From positions 20,708,001 through 20,772,000 of the forward strand of contig NC_042999.1 in NCBI RefSeq assembly GCF_006345805.1: a stretch of DNA of 64,000 bases, given 5' to 3'. The notes beneath the pieces are model-generated. The model had not been told where the DNA came from. It made no database searches and saw nothing but the letters and a program-made list of their open reading frames with translations. The translations under genes were made by a program, and so were the position numbers. Positions 25,101 through 37,580 of the stretch are shown in pieces. Each line of letters opens with the position of its first letter. Positions within the stretch are counted from its first letter, which is position 1. The stretch is from Octopus sinensis (Eukaryota).

Positions 25101-26189
25101 CTACTTAAATGTATTGTGTTGTCATAATTAGTCTATATCATTTTCTTACCATAAATTCATTTATTACCGCTTGTAAATGCTTGTGTGTGCATTCAGTTAT
25201 ATTTGTACATGTCCCTTTCTCTTTCTCTATTTTTCTTTCTCTCTTTTTATACGTGTGTATATGTGTGTTTATATATATATATATATACAAATGCATATAA
25301 TTGTACTCCAAGCACACACTTGCGTGCATACACATCTATATCTACTATTTGTACATGTGTTCCTATTTTCCTTATCTACACAATGTTTATTATCGCTCAT
25401 GTTTCCAAATCCTCTGCTTTTATATCCCATTGGCATTCATCTTCTTCCCACCTTGCTTTATGAATTACACTTCTAGTTAGCCTTCTCCACAAACACTCTT
25501 TTTTCATCTCCTTTCTGTTACCTTTCGCTTCCACCTCCTCCTCATCATCTTCCTTCCCCTCCTCCACCTCTCTCGAAGTAATCCTAATTTAGTCATCCTT
25601 CATCGCCAATTGACTCTTATTCTCTCTCCGATTAATGGTTTCTTCCCGAAACTTTCAAAATTATTCTCTTACTCGAGGCATAAAATATATTCCCCCGCGT
25701 ACATTAAGATCTATAAGTTATAGATGGTCTATCGAGAGTTATTATAGAATTATACATAATGCCCAACTTCAAAACAAACTATATATATAACCGTTATATG
25801 TAAGTAGGGTTGTTTATGTAGCTAAGAAGTTAGGCCTTGATATACAGTACAGTTTGGTAACTGCATCATACCATGTTCGATTCTATTGTGTGACGACGTA
25901 AAGAATAAAAACACCAGCGTAAAATCCGATCGGCTGCTACTTTCGAGCGTTAATTTCTGCTATTCTTCAGCAATGTTTAGCAGGGAGTACATTAAACATT
26001 TTCTGCTTTCATTGTATTTTACTAGTGATTGGTATGCTAGAAGGTTACAGTCAACGACGCTTTTCTTCACAAATTAATATATGAAATGCAAAGAAATTTA
26101 TTTAGCTCAAGAACATATGGACATCAAACCATGTGGTTTAATGTTCCATCCCACATCTCGGCACTTCTCGGTTTGAACTATGCAAGGAC

Positions 26190-26470
<281 letters not shown>

Positions 26471-26485
26471 ATACACACGTCCATA

Positions 26486-26700
26486 GATCACCGACCTGAC
26501 AATTAGATATTGCTAGACATCGTTGGTCACAATGCGCTTTGCATCGATTTAGCCATCGAATGGTGGCACATCAACATGCGGCAGACCAACATTTCCCCAC
26601 GATCGAAAAGTGAATGGAGCCACATGAAATTAAATGTTTAGCTCATGAACAAAATGCGCCGCCCGATCTGGGACTCGAACACACGGTCTAGCGACCCATA
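26486..26700 (-). mobile_element. Degenerate CORE-type SINE with tail E
   Basis: gtgaatggagccacatgaaattaaatgtttagctcatgaac resembles the CORE box; tail matches 6090-6180. Confidence 0.6.
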
Positions 26701-26740
26701 CTTACATACATACATAATACTTGCATATAGCTTTGTTTTC

Positions 26741-27160
26741 TAGGAGTGGCTGTGTGCTAAGTAGCTTGCTTAACAACATCATGGTTCCGGGTTCAGTCCC
26801 ACTGCGTGGCATCTTGGGCAAATGCCTTCTACTGTAGCCTCGGGCTGACCAAAGCCTTGTGAGTAGATTCGGTAGACGGAAACTAAAAGAAGCCCGTCGT
26901 ATATGTGTATATATATATGTGTGTGTGTGTGTAAATGTTTGTGTGTCTGTGTTTGTCCCCCTAATATCGCTTGACAACCGATGCTAGTGTGTTTACGTCC
27001 CCACAACTTAGCGGCTCGGCAAAAGAGACCGATAGAATAAGTACTAGGCTTCCAAAGAATAAGTCCTGGGGTCGATTTGCTCCACTAAAGGCGGTGCTTC
27101 AGCATGGCCACAGTCAATGACTGAATCAAGTAAAAAAGAGTAAAAGAGTAAAAAGAGAAT
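26741..27160 (+). mobile_element. SINE family B
   Basis: Family match. Confidence 0.93.
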
Positions 27161-28035
27161 ATAGACTGCTTAAATGATTCTAGAAGACGATGCATATCAG
27201 GTACATTTGGAAACCATTGGTAAAATATCATATGTAAATGATTTATACATGCATCCATTCATTGATTCTAATCAGGATAAATGATATATCAAAACTTTAC
27301 GAGTAAGACAACGTGATGAGTTCACGTCTTCAATATAATGCGCATAAAAAAACGCTTAAACAAGATAGGTGGCTATTGTTAAAGAATCTTTATGGTGGTA
27401 ACTGCTTTGCTTTTTCTTATATGTTGATATATCAGAGTATGGCAATTCTTTCTCCACAAAATAATATATACTGTATGTCAAACAATGTGTTTATTTATTT
27501 TCAGTCGAAGAGGAAAATTCTTTTTTCCTGCCTTCAGTTTGAAATGTCCTGTAGAATTGCAAAAACGCAGCCCTTCCTTCACCGACAAAAGCGTAATCAT
27601 TTTACGCTTTAATATGCTGTATATATTTTATTTGCATATTAATTCAGAGATGTCGATTTATTTTCAGTTTTTAGTTTCAGCAAGCATGCGGACGTTTGTC
27701 TTGAAGGATGAAACATAATTTAGTTCTCATTTTCATGAATTATGGGAAAATAGGGAAATATAGATCAATAGCTAGAAATTCCACTGAGACGAAAGATGGT
27801 CATATTTTACTGTCTACAGCTTCTGTTCTATCTTTATATCCATCGCTCTCTCTTTCTATACACACATATAGGCATGTACATACATATTTCATATACAGAT
27901 GTTCACACTGAAAACTATACATTATTGTGCATAGTCCATAAGGAAAAACTACAGACCTGCACTATCTTAAATCTAATAGACATTACTACAACACAAATCA
28001 TTGAGCAACGAAGGACAAAAGCATGTAGGCATATT

Positions 28036-28383
<348 letters not shown>

Positions 28384-28726
28384 TTCTCTTCTTTTCCATC
28401 TCGATAAATCTTGATTTTCTACATTTTTTAACAATACTCCACATACATATATACCAATATTTATTCATAAACTGCAGATAAACTGTTTTAAGCGGCATTG
28501 TAAATCTACGTGTATGTATTTGTAATGCATTTCAGTAAATACGTGCAAAATTTCTAAAACATATTTTTATCGTTTCATTATGCATGTATGAATACATCAG
28601 CCTGCTTATGCTTACAGCCTGTAACAGATTCACTTCTATAGGCACACATCCTTATACGTATCAAAAGAAAAATCAACTGTCTTTTCTTTCTTTCTCTTTC
28701 AGTCTTCCTCTCTCCATTTCTATGTA

Positions 28727-28786
<60 letters not shown>

Positions 28787-29037
28787 ATGTATTATATAAG
28801 TAAAGTATATGCATGTATGCATGCGAATATGTAACCAGGTTCGAATATGATTTTTATGAATTTATTTTGTTACCAGCATAAGAAAATGTATATATAAATG
28901 TTTGATCTCCGCTGTTTTGAACATACACATGCATACATTCAGTTTTGTACTTTTATGAATCCCCTTGTGTGACCGAAACTTTCATGTACTCTATGTATGC
29001 ATGGGTCTGTATGTCTGTGTATGAGTGTGTTTGTGTT

Positions 29038-29114
<77 letters not shown>

Positions 29115-29133
29115 TATGTATATGTATGTATAT

Positions 29134-29180
<47 letters not shown>

Positions 29181-29214
29181 ATATATTATATATATATATA
29201 TATATACATATATA
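29038..29214. repeat. (TA)n microsatellite
   Basis: Direct reading. Confidence 0.95.
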
Positions 29215-29549
29215 CGTGGGAGAATGCATGCATGCAAACATGTGCTTACATATGTGTGCAGAAGCTGTATCAATTGTTCTCATTTTCGCAAATATGATAA
29301 TATCTAATATCCAAATTGCAACGTGATTTGTTTTCACATTTGTGCAAACATACACAAGTGTGAAGTAAAGGCTGCCTTAGCACTGTTGGTAAACATGTTA
29401 ACATAGTCTAATTTTCTTCAACGACAATGTTATTTTTTTTTTTTGTTTCTGATCTTCTACATCGCTGGTCAGGTATGTATGTGTGTGAGTTTGAGTGTTT
29501 GTGTTTGTGTGTGAGTTTGTGTCTATGTGTATGTGTGCGTGGGTAGATA

Positions 29550-29606
<57 letters not shown>

Positions 29607-29609
29607 ATT

Positions 29610-29747
29610 TTTTCTCCTTGTTTCTTTCTGTGTTCCTGTCTGTGGAAGAGCATAGCCTCGAAACATTAAAGACATTTTCACTTCCCGAGCATTAATCTAA
29701 TACATCTGTTGTTATCTACACCACTTGTCTTCGTCTTGTTTTTTTTC

Positions 29748-29757
<10 letters not shown>
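29610..29757 (+). mobile_element. Dispersed repeat, possibly a Penelope-like 3' terminus
   Basis: Second copy at 61415-61797; gaagagcatagcctcgaaac motif resembles PLE ends; class assignment is inference. Confidence 0.45.
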
Positions 29758-29808
<51 letters not shown>

Positions 29809-29835
29809 TACATATACATACAAGTATATATATAC

Positions 29836-29907
<72 letters not shown>

Positions 29908-30019
29908 CAAGTATATATATATACATATACTTTGATACTTTGATACTTTGATAGGTTTCGGCCATTATTGGCCCAGGCCATGTCTAACTTAATAGCACCA
30001 CCTGGTGAAGTCTTTCAAG

Positions 30020-33000
30020 TCAGAATTTGGGCACTATGGCCCACTCAAGTAGAGAGTTATTGTTTACAGAGACATATCCGGGTGTAGGGGGTTTATCCGG
30101 GATTTCTTTAAGGAATCTGTCCAAAGACTTCTTGAACCCTATAGGGTCAGTTTCTGTTTTAATGTGTTTTGGTGTAATGTTAAAGAGAGCGGGGCCAATT
30201 GAGGTGAAATAATTGTGCCGTATTGTTGTTATGAGATGAGAGTGCGATTTTTGTTTTGGGCGGATGGCACGGGGCCCAAGCCTTGGATGTACCTTAAAGG
30301 TGATGCCAACATCATTTGGGCAATGCTGATGGAATATTTTCCACATCATGCAGATGATGTAGCGCTCACGACGACGTTGGAGAGAATAGAGTTTTAGCTT
30401 TTCTAGTCGACCCCAATAGTCGAGGCCTGTCATGCCATCTATCTTTTTGGTGATTGATTGCCTTTGAGGTGCTTCAACTTTTATGATACCTTGTATTGTG
30501 TGGGGAGACCACAGTGGACAACAGTATTCAAGGTGGGGTCGGGCAAAAGTGGAGAAGAGAAGGATAATGGTGTGGATATCTCTCGACTGGAAGTTCTGAG
30601 AATCCAGGAACACATTCTGCGGGCCATGTCAACTTTGGTGTTTATATGAGTGGCCAGCTTATGTTGTTGTCCACAATTACTCCCAGGTCTCTGATGTTGT
30701 TGGACGCCGCGAGAGTTTCACCTGAAGGAAGGGAGTATGGGAGTTTCAGGGCATCCTCTTTTCCAAAGTGGATTAGCTCAAATTTATCCTCGTTCAGCAG
30801 CATATTGTTTTTTTTCTGCCCATTGGATAACAGCCAGTAGATCTGACTGAAGGCATGTCCGGTCACTCGCCTCATTTATGACCTTCTGTAGCTTGGAGTC
30901 ATCTGCAAAGATTTTTATGTTGCTGTGCTTGATGATGTCATTAATGTCATTAATGTAAATGATGAAAAGAAGTGGGCCCAGCACAGTGCCTTGCGGAACG
31001 CCACTACTGACTTTGGCTGGGCTTGATTTTACCCCTTCAACTACAACATGTTGAGATCTGTCTGTCAGGAAACACTTGATCCATTTCAGTAACTTTCCAG
31101 AGACACCAATGTTGGATAGTTTTTTCAATAGGATCTTGTGATCGACCCTGTCGAAGGCCTTACTGAAATCAAGGTAGATGACATCGGTATTGGAGCCCTC
31201 TCCCAAAGCTCTCAAAATGTCCTCAAAGTGATGCAGGAGCTGCGTTAGGCAGTCCCTTCCATTACGGAACCCATGTTGGTTGGAGATCAGCCGTCTTTTG
31301 CTTTCCAGAAATTGGGTTATTCGAGATCTCACCACCCTCTCAAATACCTTGATGATATGAGAGGTGAGTGAGATCGGACGGTAATTCACTGCAAGGGACT
31401 TGTTTCCCTTTTTGAAAACTGTGACAACAGACTGGGACAGAAGGTTTTTTGGAATATAGCCAGCATCCAGTGAGTTTCTCCACAGATTAGCAAGGGGAGA
31501 TGCAAGTTGGTGTCGACACACCTTCAGGACACAAGCAGGGAACCTATCGGGGCCTACTGCTGAATTGTGTTTTATTTCGTTTATCGCCGCTAAGACATCA
31601 GGGGCACTAAACGTTATGTCCGATATAGTGTGTTGGGGGTTGACATCACTGATACAGCCCAGATCGGCCATATCAGGATTGCTGAAAACAGAGCAGTATT
31701 GTTTCTGCAGTATCTCGGCCATGGATTTGGCATTATCTTGGAGAGTGCCAGTTTCGTCAATTAGAGGGCCTACAGTGGAGACAGTGACCCTGCGTTTCCT
31801 CGCAAATGAAAAGAACACTTTGGGGTTGAGTTTGATTTTTTCAATGGCCACTTCTCCACAGCTGATCTTTGGTTATTGATGAGGGTCTTCATGCATTGTT
31901 GGAGGTTATATTTTTGGATTCAAGCAGTGCGATAGCCGTCGAATGTGTGTGTTGCTGTTGGCAGTACTTTAGTTTTTTAATATTTTTGTTTGTTCTTTTT
32001 ATTTTTCTGATAATGGTTTTTCTGTTTTGGGGGATTCTGCACTTTTTGTTCACAGGTCTTGGTGGGGAGTGTTTTGCACATATGTCTGTGACGGTGTCTA
32101 CAAAGATCTGCCAAGATGTTTTATGGTTGGTGGAGATGTGTGTATGTGTAAAGGACCAGTCAACATGTGATAGCTCGTTCCTGATTGCATCCCAGTTGGC
32201 ATTATGGAGATCCATGTTGTCAAATGGGTGGGCTGGAGGAAGGTCACTAGGATTAGCTTTCGGCTGGTGGAATTTCATGTTACAGAGAACCATGTCATGG
32301 TCTGAAAGAAGGGTTTTTTCCACTGTAACGTTATGTATAGTGTTAGTGTGGTTACTAAACACTAGGTCCAAAATGTTCTGATGTCTTGTTGGTGCAAGGA
32401 CAAGTTGGGACAAGAAAAACTCATTCGTAAAGTCGAAAAGTGACTCTGCTACTTCTTTGTCAGCGGTTGAGGCGGGAGTGCTTGGTTTCAAACAGTTTGT
32501 AGTCCAGTCAACACAGGGTAGATTGAAGTCTCCCATCATGAGTATGTTGCTAGATTGGCACTGTTGAATAAAGCACTTAATGCTGTTGAGGCATTCTTTA
32601 AAGCACAGTATGGGTGTTTGGGGCGGCCTATAGAGCCCAATTACTGTCAGGTCATTGGCTTTGTTGTGCACGGTGGCTGATTCACAGTAGCCGTTGGAGA
32701 ATATACTATTTCCATCTGCCGTAAATGAATCATGCAGGAAAATGGCAGTTCCACCCTTCCTCCTGCCGATACGATCCGCGCGGATGGTTGTGAAATTCTT
32801 CACTCTCACTTCGGCTTCCAAGTGGGAGTTGTCAAGGTGGGTCTCAGTGAGAATGAAGAAAGGGATGTGGTGTGGATGGTTACCAACCCAGTCTTCAATG
32901 AATTGGACCTTCCATTTTTGTGCATTGATGGAAGGGCTGACACCTTGTGCATTGAGTAGGAATGTGGAGGTTAGTGTAGTGGCTGGTTTTGACTGTTGCA

Positions 33001-33151
33001 GGGGGCTTGGATTTTTTGTGTGTGTTAGTGGCAGCAATGTGGGGAATTGGTGCACTGGGGTAATAGCATAGGATGGTGTTGAGTGATGGCTAGAATGTTT
33101 TTGTGTATCTCTTTTGCCATGTTCAACATGGCTAAAAAAGAATTTTCCTGC
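30020..33151 (-). pseudogene. CR1 ORF2 (APE + RT), ~1040 aa after repairing five 1-nt indels
   Basis: Motifs LTETHL, RKGG, LYRPP, MGDFNLP, ILDLVF, SDH, NYRPISLTS, QHGFR, YLDFSKAFD, GVPQGTVLGPLLF, FADD, RDLGV, PHLEYC..WSP, LQRRRER; no nonsense codons in the repaired path. Confidence 0.93.
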
Positions 33152-33296
33152 TTAGGGAGCAGTTTTTGGCTGGAGGTGTGGTTGCATTGTTGGATAGGGT
33201 TGTAGTTTCCACTTTTGTTGTTGTCGTTTTTGTGTCTTCCTGAAAAGACTGGACCAGCATTACTGCAGCATGGTGTGTTTCTATTTTTATTTTTAT

Positions 33297-34256
33297 TCAG
33301 GTTTGTGTGTTGGCTTGAAGCCCCGTTTCTGTTTGGCGTCGGGTCCCTGGAAGATGAGTGAAGGGACAGTCACTCAGCAGACATGTTCTCTCACGTTGGG
33401 AATACCGGCAGATTTTGGGACTCCGAGTTGTGTGTGTTTTGAATTTCGATTTACTATTTGGTGGTGTTGATGTTATTGTGGGATGCGTGCTTTGGCCTTG
33501 GCCGGTAGTGCGTCTAGTGCCGGGTAGATGCGTGAAGATGCAGTCACTATTTGTGCAGAGTCTCTGGCGCAGTGAATAGCGGCATATTTGGGGATTTCTT
33601 GTTTGTGCCGTGGGGGGCGCATTCTGCTTCCTATGTTTCTTTAAGTTTTTGTTACTGCAGTAGTATTGAGGTGGTGATGTGGGGGAAGAGGGCAGTGGTT
33701 TCTTATTTGGTTTTCTGTTGGTATTTTTGGTGATAGAAGACGATGGTTGCAGCGGTGGTGATGATGATGATGATAATTGTGGTGGTTGCCGTGAGAGCGG
33801 TGAAAAGATACTGGCATTTAGTGAATCATCTAGTAAGCTAGAGTTGAGGAGTGGCTGTTGTTGTTCTTGTTGCTGTGGCTGTTGTTGTTGTTGTTGTTGT
33901 GATTGACCGATGTTAGGGTCAGCCATTGTGCTGGGAACCAGGAGTGGCTCATTCTGTTGTTGTTGTTGTTGTGGCTGCTGATTTTCTAGCTTTTGCTGTT
34001 CTTGGACTGTGAAAATATGAAGAAGCTTTTCATAATGGCCTTTTGTCAGTTTGAAAGATACTTCGATATGTTTCAGTTTGCTACGAATCTGTTTGACGGA
34101 TCGTGTGTTGACCACTTGTGATGTTTTTTCGGCAATCTCATTCAAACACAAAACATTTAGATTTTCTGTTTGGGAAAGAGAGAACCATGTGTTTATTAAA
34201 ACATCAATTTCGTTATCAGACCAATTTCGTCTGTTGCAGGCCTGCAAGTTAGTCAT
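33297..34256 (-). CDS. CR1 ORF1: Myb/SANT-like domain + polyQ/S/P linker + two CCCH fingers (319 aa; ~410 aa to 33025 if one 1-nt deletion is repaired)
   Basis: RRNWSDNEIDVLINTW..EIAEK..RSVKQIRSKLKHI; CRYSLRQRLCTNSDCIFTH and CRYSQRERTCLLSDCPFTH (C-x8-C-x4-C-x3-H). Confidence 0.85.
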   Translation of the reverse strand: MTNLQACNRRNWSDNEIDVLINTWFSLSQTENLNVLCLNEIAEKTSQVVNTRSVKQIRSKLKHIEVSFKLTKGHYEKLLHIFTVQEQQKLENQQPQQQQQQNEPLLVPSTMADPNIGQSQQQQQQQPQQQEQQQPLLNSSLLDDSLNASIFSPLSRQPPQLSSSSSPPLQPSSSITKNTNRKPNKKPLPSSPTSPPQYYCSNKNLKKHRKQNAPPTAQTRNPQICRYSLRQRLCTNSDCIFTHLPGTRRTTGQGQSTHPTITSTPPNSKSKFKTHTTRSPKICRYSQRERTCLLSDCPFTHLPGTRRQTETGLQANTQT

Positions 34257-34580
34257 GTTTGTTTTTCTTTGTTGTTTTCCTTTTGATTTTTGAAAATATA
34301 TATATTCTTTCTTGGGAGTTAAAGAAGTGTATATATATATAAATGTTCTCTCTTAAGGGTGTGAGTTTTTGATTATTTGGTTGTTTGAGGATATTAAAAG
34401 AAAAACAGGTGTATAGAACAATTTGTAGTTAAATGAAAACGTACTTACGGGTTTGTAGGCAAACACGTGGTTACAAATATATATATATTTAAGGTCAGTT
34501 AGGTTTTGAAGCTGTGTAGCTTGCTACTGACTTGGGAGAGAAACAAATAGACGTCCGTCCACTTCAACAGTTAATCCAAC

Positions 34581-34654
34581 ATATATATATATATATAATA
34601 TAATATATATATATAATATATATACATATATATATATGTAATATATATATATAC

Positions 34655-34687
<33 letters not shown>

Positions 34688-34688
34688 C

Positions 34689-34719
<31 letters not shown>

Positions 34720-34722
34720 TAT
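34581..34722. repeat. (TA)n microsatellite
   Basis: Direct reading. Confidence 0.95.
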
Positions 34723-34873
34723 TTTGTTGAAATGGAAAGATGAATTATCTTGCTACGGATTATTCAAAAGTTTAACCGATACCTGGGGAGCAAAAATCAC
34801 AGCAGAAAACCACGATTGGAGATATGACCATATGGTGTTGCAACCGTGCGTTGGTGCGGATAAATGAAGTTTA

Positions 34874-35314
34874 ATATAATTAGTGAATGGAAGAAATGGA
34901 GTTGAACGAAGATTGTACAGATTTCCTTTTATTACATTCTACACATGTTTCAAAGGCCACAATTTTCCAAATTCTGATTAAATAAGGATACCATATTGCA
35001 GCTTTCTCTTCAGGAAAAACCAGGAATTACGTTGTCAGAACAAAACAAAACAAAGGCGCAGCAAAGCAATTCGAACGAGGACGCTCCTTAAGAGCCCATG
35101 GACTCTTAAGGAGCGTCCTCGTTCGAATTGCTTTGCTGCGCCTTTGTTTTGTTTTGTTCTGACAACGTAATTCCTGGTTTTTCCTGAAGAGAAAGCTGCA
35201 ATATGGTATCCTTATTTAATCAGAATTTGGAAAATTGTGGCCTTTGAAACATGTGTAGAATGTAATAAAAGGAATTCTGTACAATCTTCGTTCAACTCCA
35301 TTTCTTCCATTCAC

Positions 35315-35323
<9 letters not shown>
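34874..35323. repeat. 450-bp near-perfect palindrome (225-bp arms, centred on CCATGG)
   Basis: Arms are reverse complements with two mismatches seen (C35095/A35102 and one at ~34922). Confidence 0.97.
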
Positions 35324-35365
<42 letters not shown>

Positions 35366-35530
35366 ATATCAATATATATACAGATACATACAAGTATATA
35401 TATATACATATATGTGTTTGTATGTATATACACATATGTGTATGTATGTAGGCATGCATGTATGTATGTACGTATGTATGTATGTATGTATGTATGTATG
35501 TATGTATGTATGTATGTATGTATGTATGAG
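35321..35530. repeat. (TA)n/(TATG)n microsatellite
   Basis: Direct reading. Confidence 0.95.
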
Positions 35531-35834
35531 TCTATGTGTGCGCGCGTATGTGTGTTCGTGTATATGCGTTATGCAGGTATTTTCTCAGGAGTTCATATCG
35601 CTTAAGCAGGAAAGGAGCATGAGCTGTGATGATGGAACCACTCTCGTAGGCGATCGCCATAATCACAGCTGATGGTCCTTACACACACAAGCACAGAGCA
35701 CATAAAACACACATACGCACACGCGCTTGCCCACACGCACATATATTCATATAATGCTTGGATGTTTCGATTAAATGGAGCCGCCTGAAACCTTGACATA
35801 ATTGTTACTTATTTGCCATATATATTCATAGAAA

Positions 35835-36020
35835 GAGAAAAGATAAGAAAAGCACAGAAGATTTGTTTTACACGACTAAAGAATATATTAGACTCATCAT
35901 AGCAAAAGTATTATACAATATTAAACAAAATAAGATTTCTTTGCTTCCAACATAATATAACCGGTTTCGCTAAAGCTTAGCCGTGTAAAACAAATCTTCC
36001 GTGTTTTTTCATCTTTTCTC
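35835..36020. mobile_element. MITE-like element with ~45-bp imperfect terminal inverted repeats
   Basis: gagaaaagataagaaaagcacagaagatttgttttacacgactaa versus reverse complement of ttagccgtgtaaaacaaatcttccgtgttttttcatcttttctc. Confidence 0.7.
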
Positions 36021-36795
36021 TTACCTTGTATATTCAACCACGTGGAATTAAAGCGCATATTTTCTATCTCATAAATATTCATATATATTTGAATTTAATT
36101 AGAGGATATGTTAATCTCATGAAGGGATGATTACATCCGAGGAAATACTGGTTCAATACCTAGTGTTGCTGGGGAATAAAATTCCCTTAAAATAATTGGT
36201 ATATAATATGCATATAGTTTATATCCAGTTGAAAAGAAGAGCAGAAAATGGAGATAAGAACGTTAACTATTTATTGTTGACAAATTTGTTATCTTCGCAA
36301 CTTAGAACCGTTTCAATTAATAATCAAAAATTTATTTTAAAATGTTGTACATTAAATTAGAATTTATATGACATGAGCATAATTTCATCAGAGAAAAAAT
36401 ATGTACGTTGAGATGTTATATGCGGACCTATCAATTCATTTCTGTAGACACTTATTTTCTCTGATGAAATTCATCTTCATGTCACGTAAATGCAAAATTA
36501 ATGTACACATCTGTAATTAGATTATTAAGTATTAATTGAAACGGCTGTAGGGAGCGAACGATGACCAATTTATTAATAATAAATAATTGTTTAACTACCT
36601 TGTCTCCATCATTTTCTTCTCTCTTTTTAACTGGATATAAGCTATGTGTGTGTGTGTGTGTGTGCGTATATGTATATATATATATATATATATATACATA
36701 CACAAAGAGGTGTATTAGTTTAATGCACGGGAAGGTGAGAATGTCTTTTACGCTTCGAGCCGGCGCTCTTCAATAGATACGAACAGAAGGAAATA

Positions 36796-37068
<273 letters not shown>

Positions 37069-37329
37069 AATACAACGAGAGAGGTAGAGAAACAAAAACT
37101 GGAGATATTCAGACGATTAAAGTTCATGTGTAAGTGTAAGCAAATAGAAATTTATGTGCATAAAGACCAGAATTACATGGAGTACAAACATTACAGAAGA
37201 CTTAGGGGAGAAGACATGATAATCTAGGTCCAACAGTTATTTATGGGCGCTCGGAAATACTCAATAGATGCAACGATATCAGATGAAGTATGACAAATGT
37301 GAAGTATATACAACCAGTAAAATAAAAAT

Positions 37330-37580
37330 AAATGCGCCCTTTTAATGCGTAGCCAGGTTCATGGGCCCGGTTTCCCGGTTTCTATGACGTATGTGCTCCC
37401 CAGCTGGACGGGACGCCAGTCCATCGCAGCGCTACTTATTTTTGCCAGCTGAGTGAACTGGAGCAACGTGAAATGTAGTGTTTTGTTCAAGAACACAGCT
37501 CGTCGCCCGGTCCAGGAATCGAAACAACAATCTTACGATCATAATGCTGACACCCTAAACACTAAGCCACGCACCTCCAC
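37330..37580 (-). mobile_element. CORE-type tRNA SINE with tail D
   Basis: gagtgaactggagcaacgtgaaatgtagtgttttgttcaagaacac CORE-like box; tRNA-like head at right end. Confidence 0.85.

Larger units (their letters stand above)
29928..34580 (-). mobile_element. CR1-clade LINE, apparently full length (~4.65 kb)
   Basis: ~320-nt 5' UTR, ORF1, ORF2, short 3' UTR, tail (TATCAAAG)3 at 29928-29953; both ends abut (TA)n. Confidence 0.92.
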
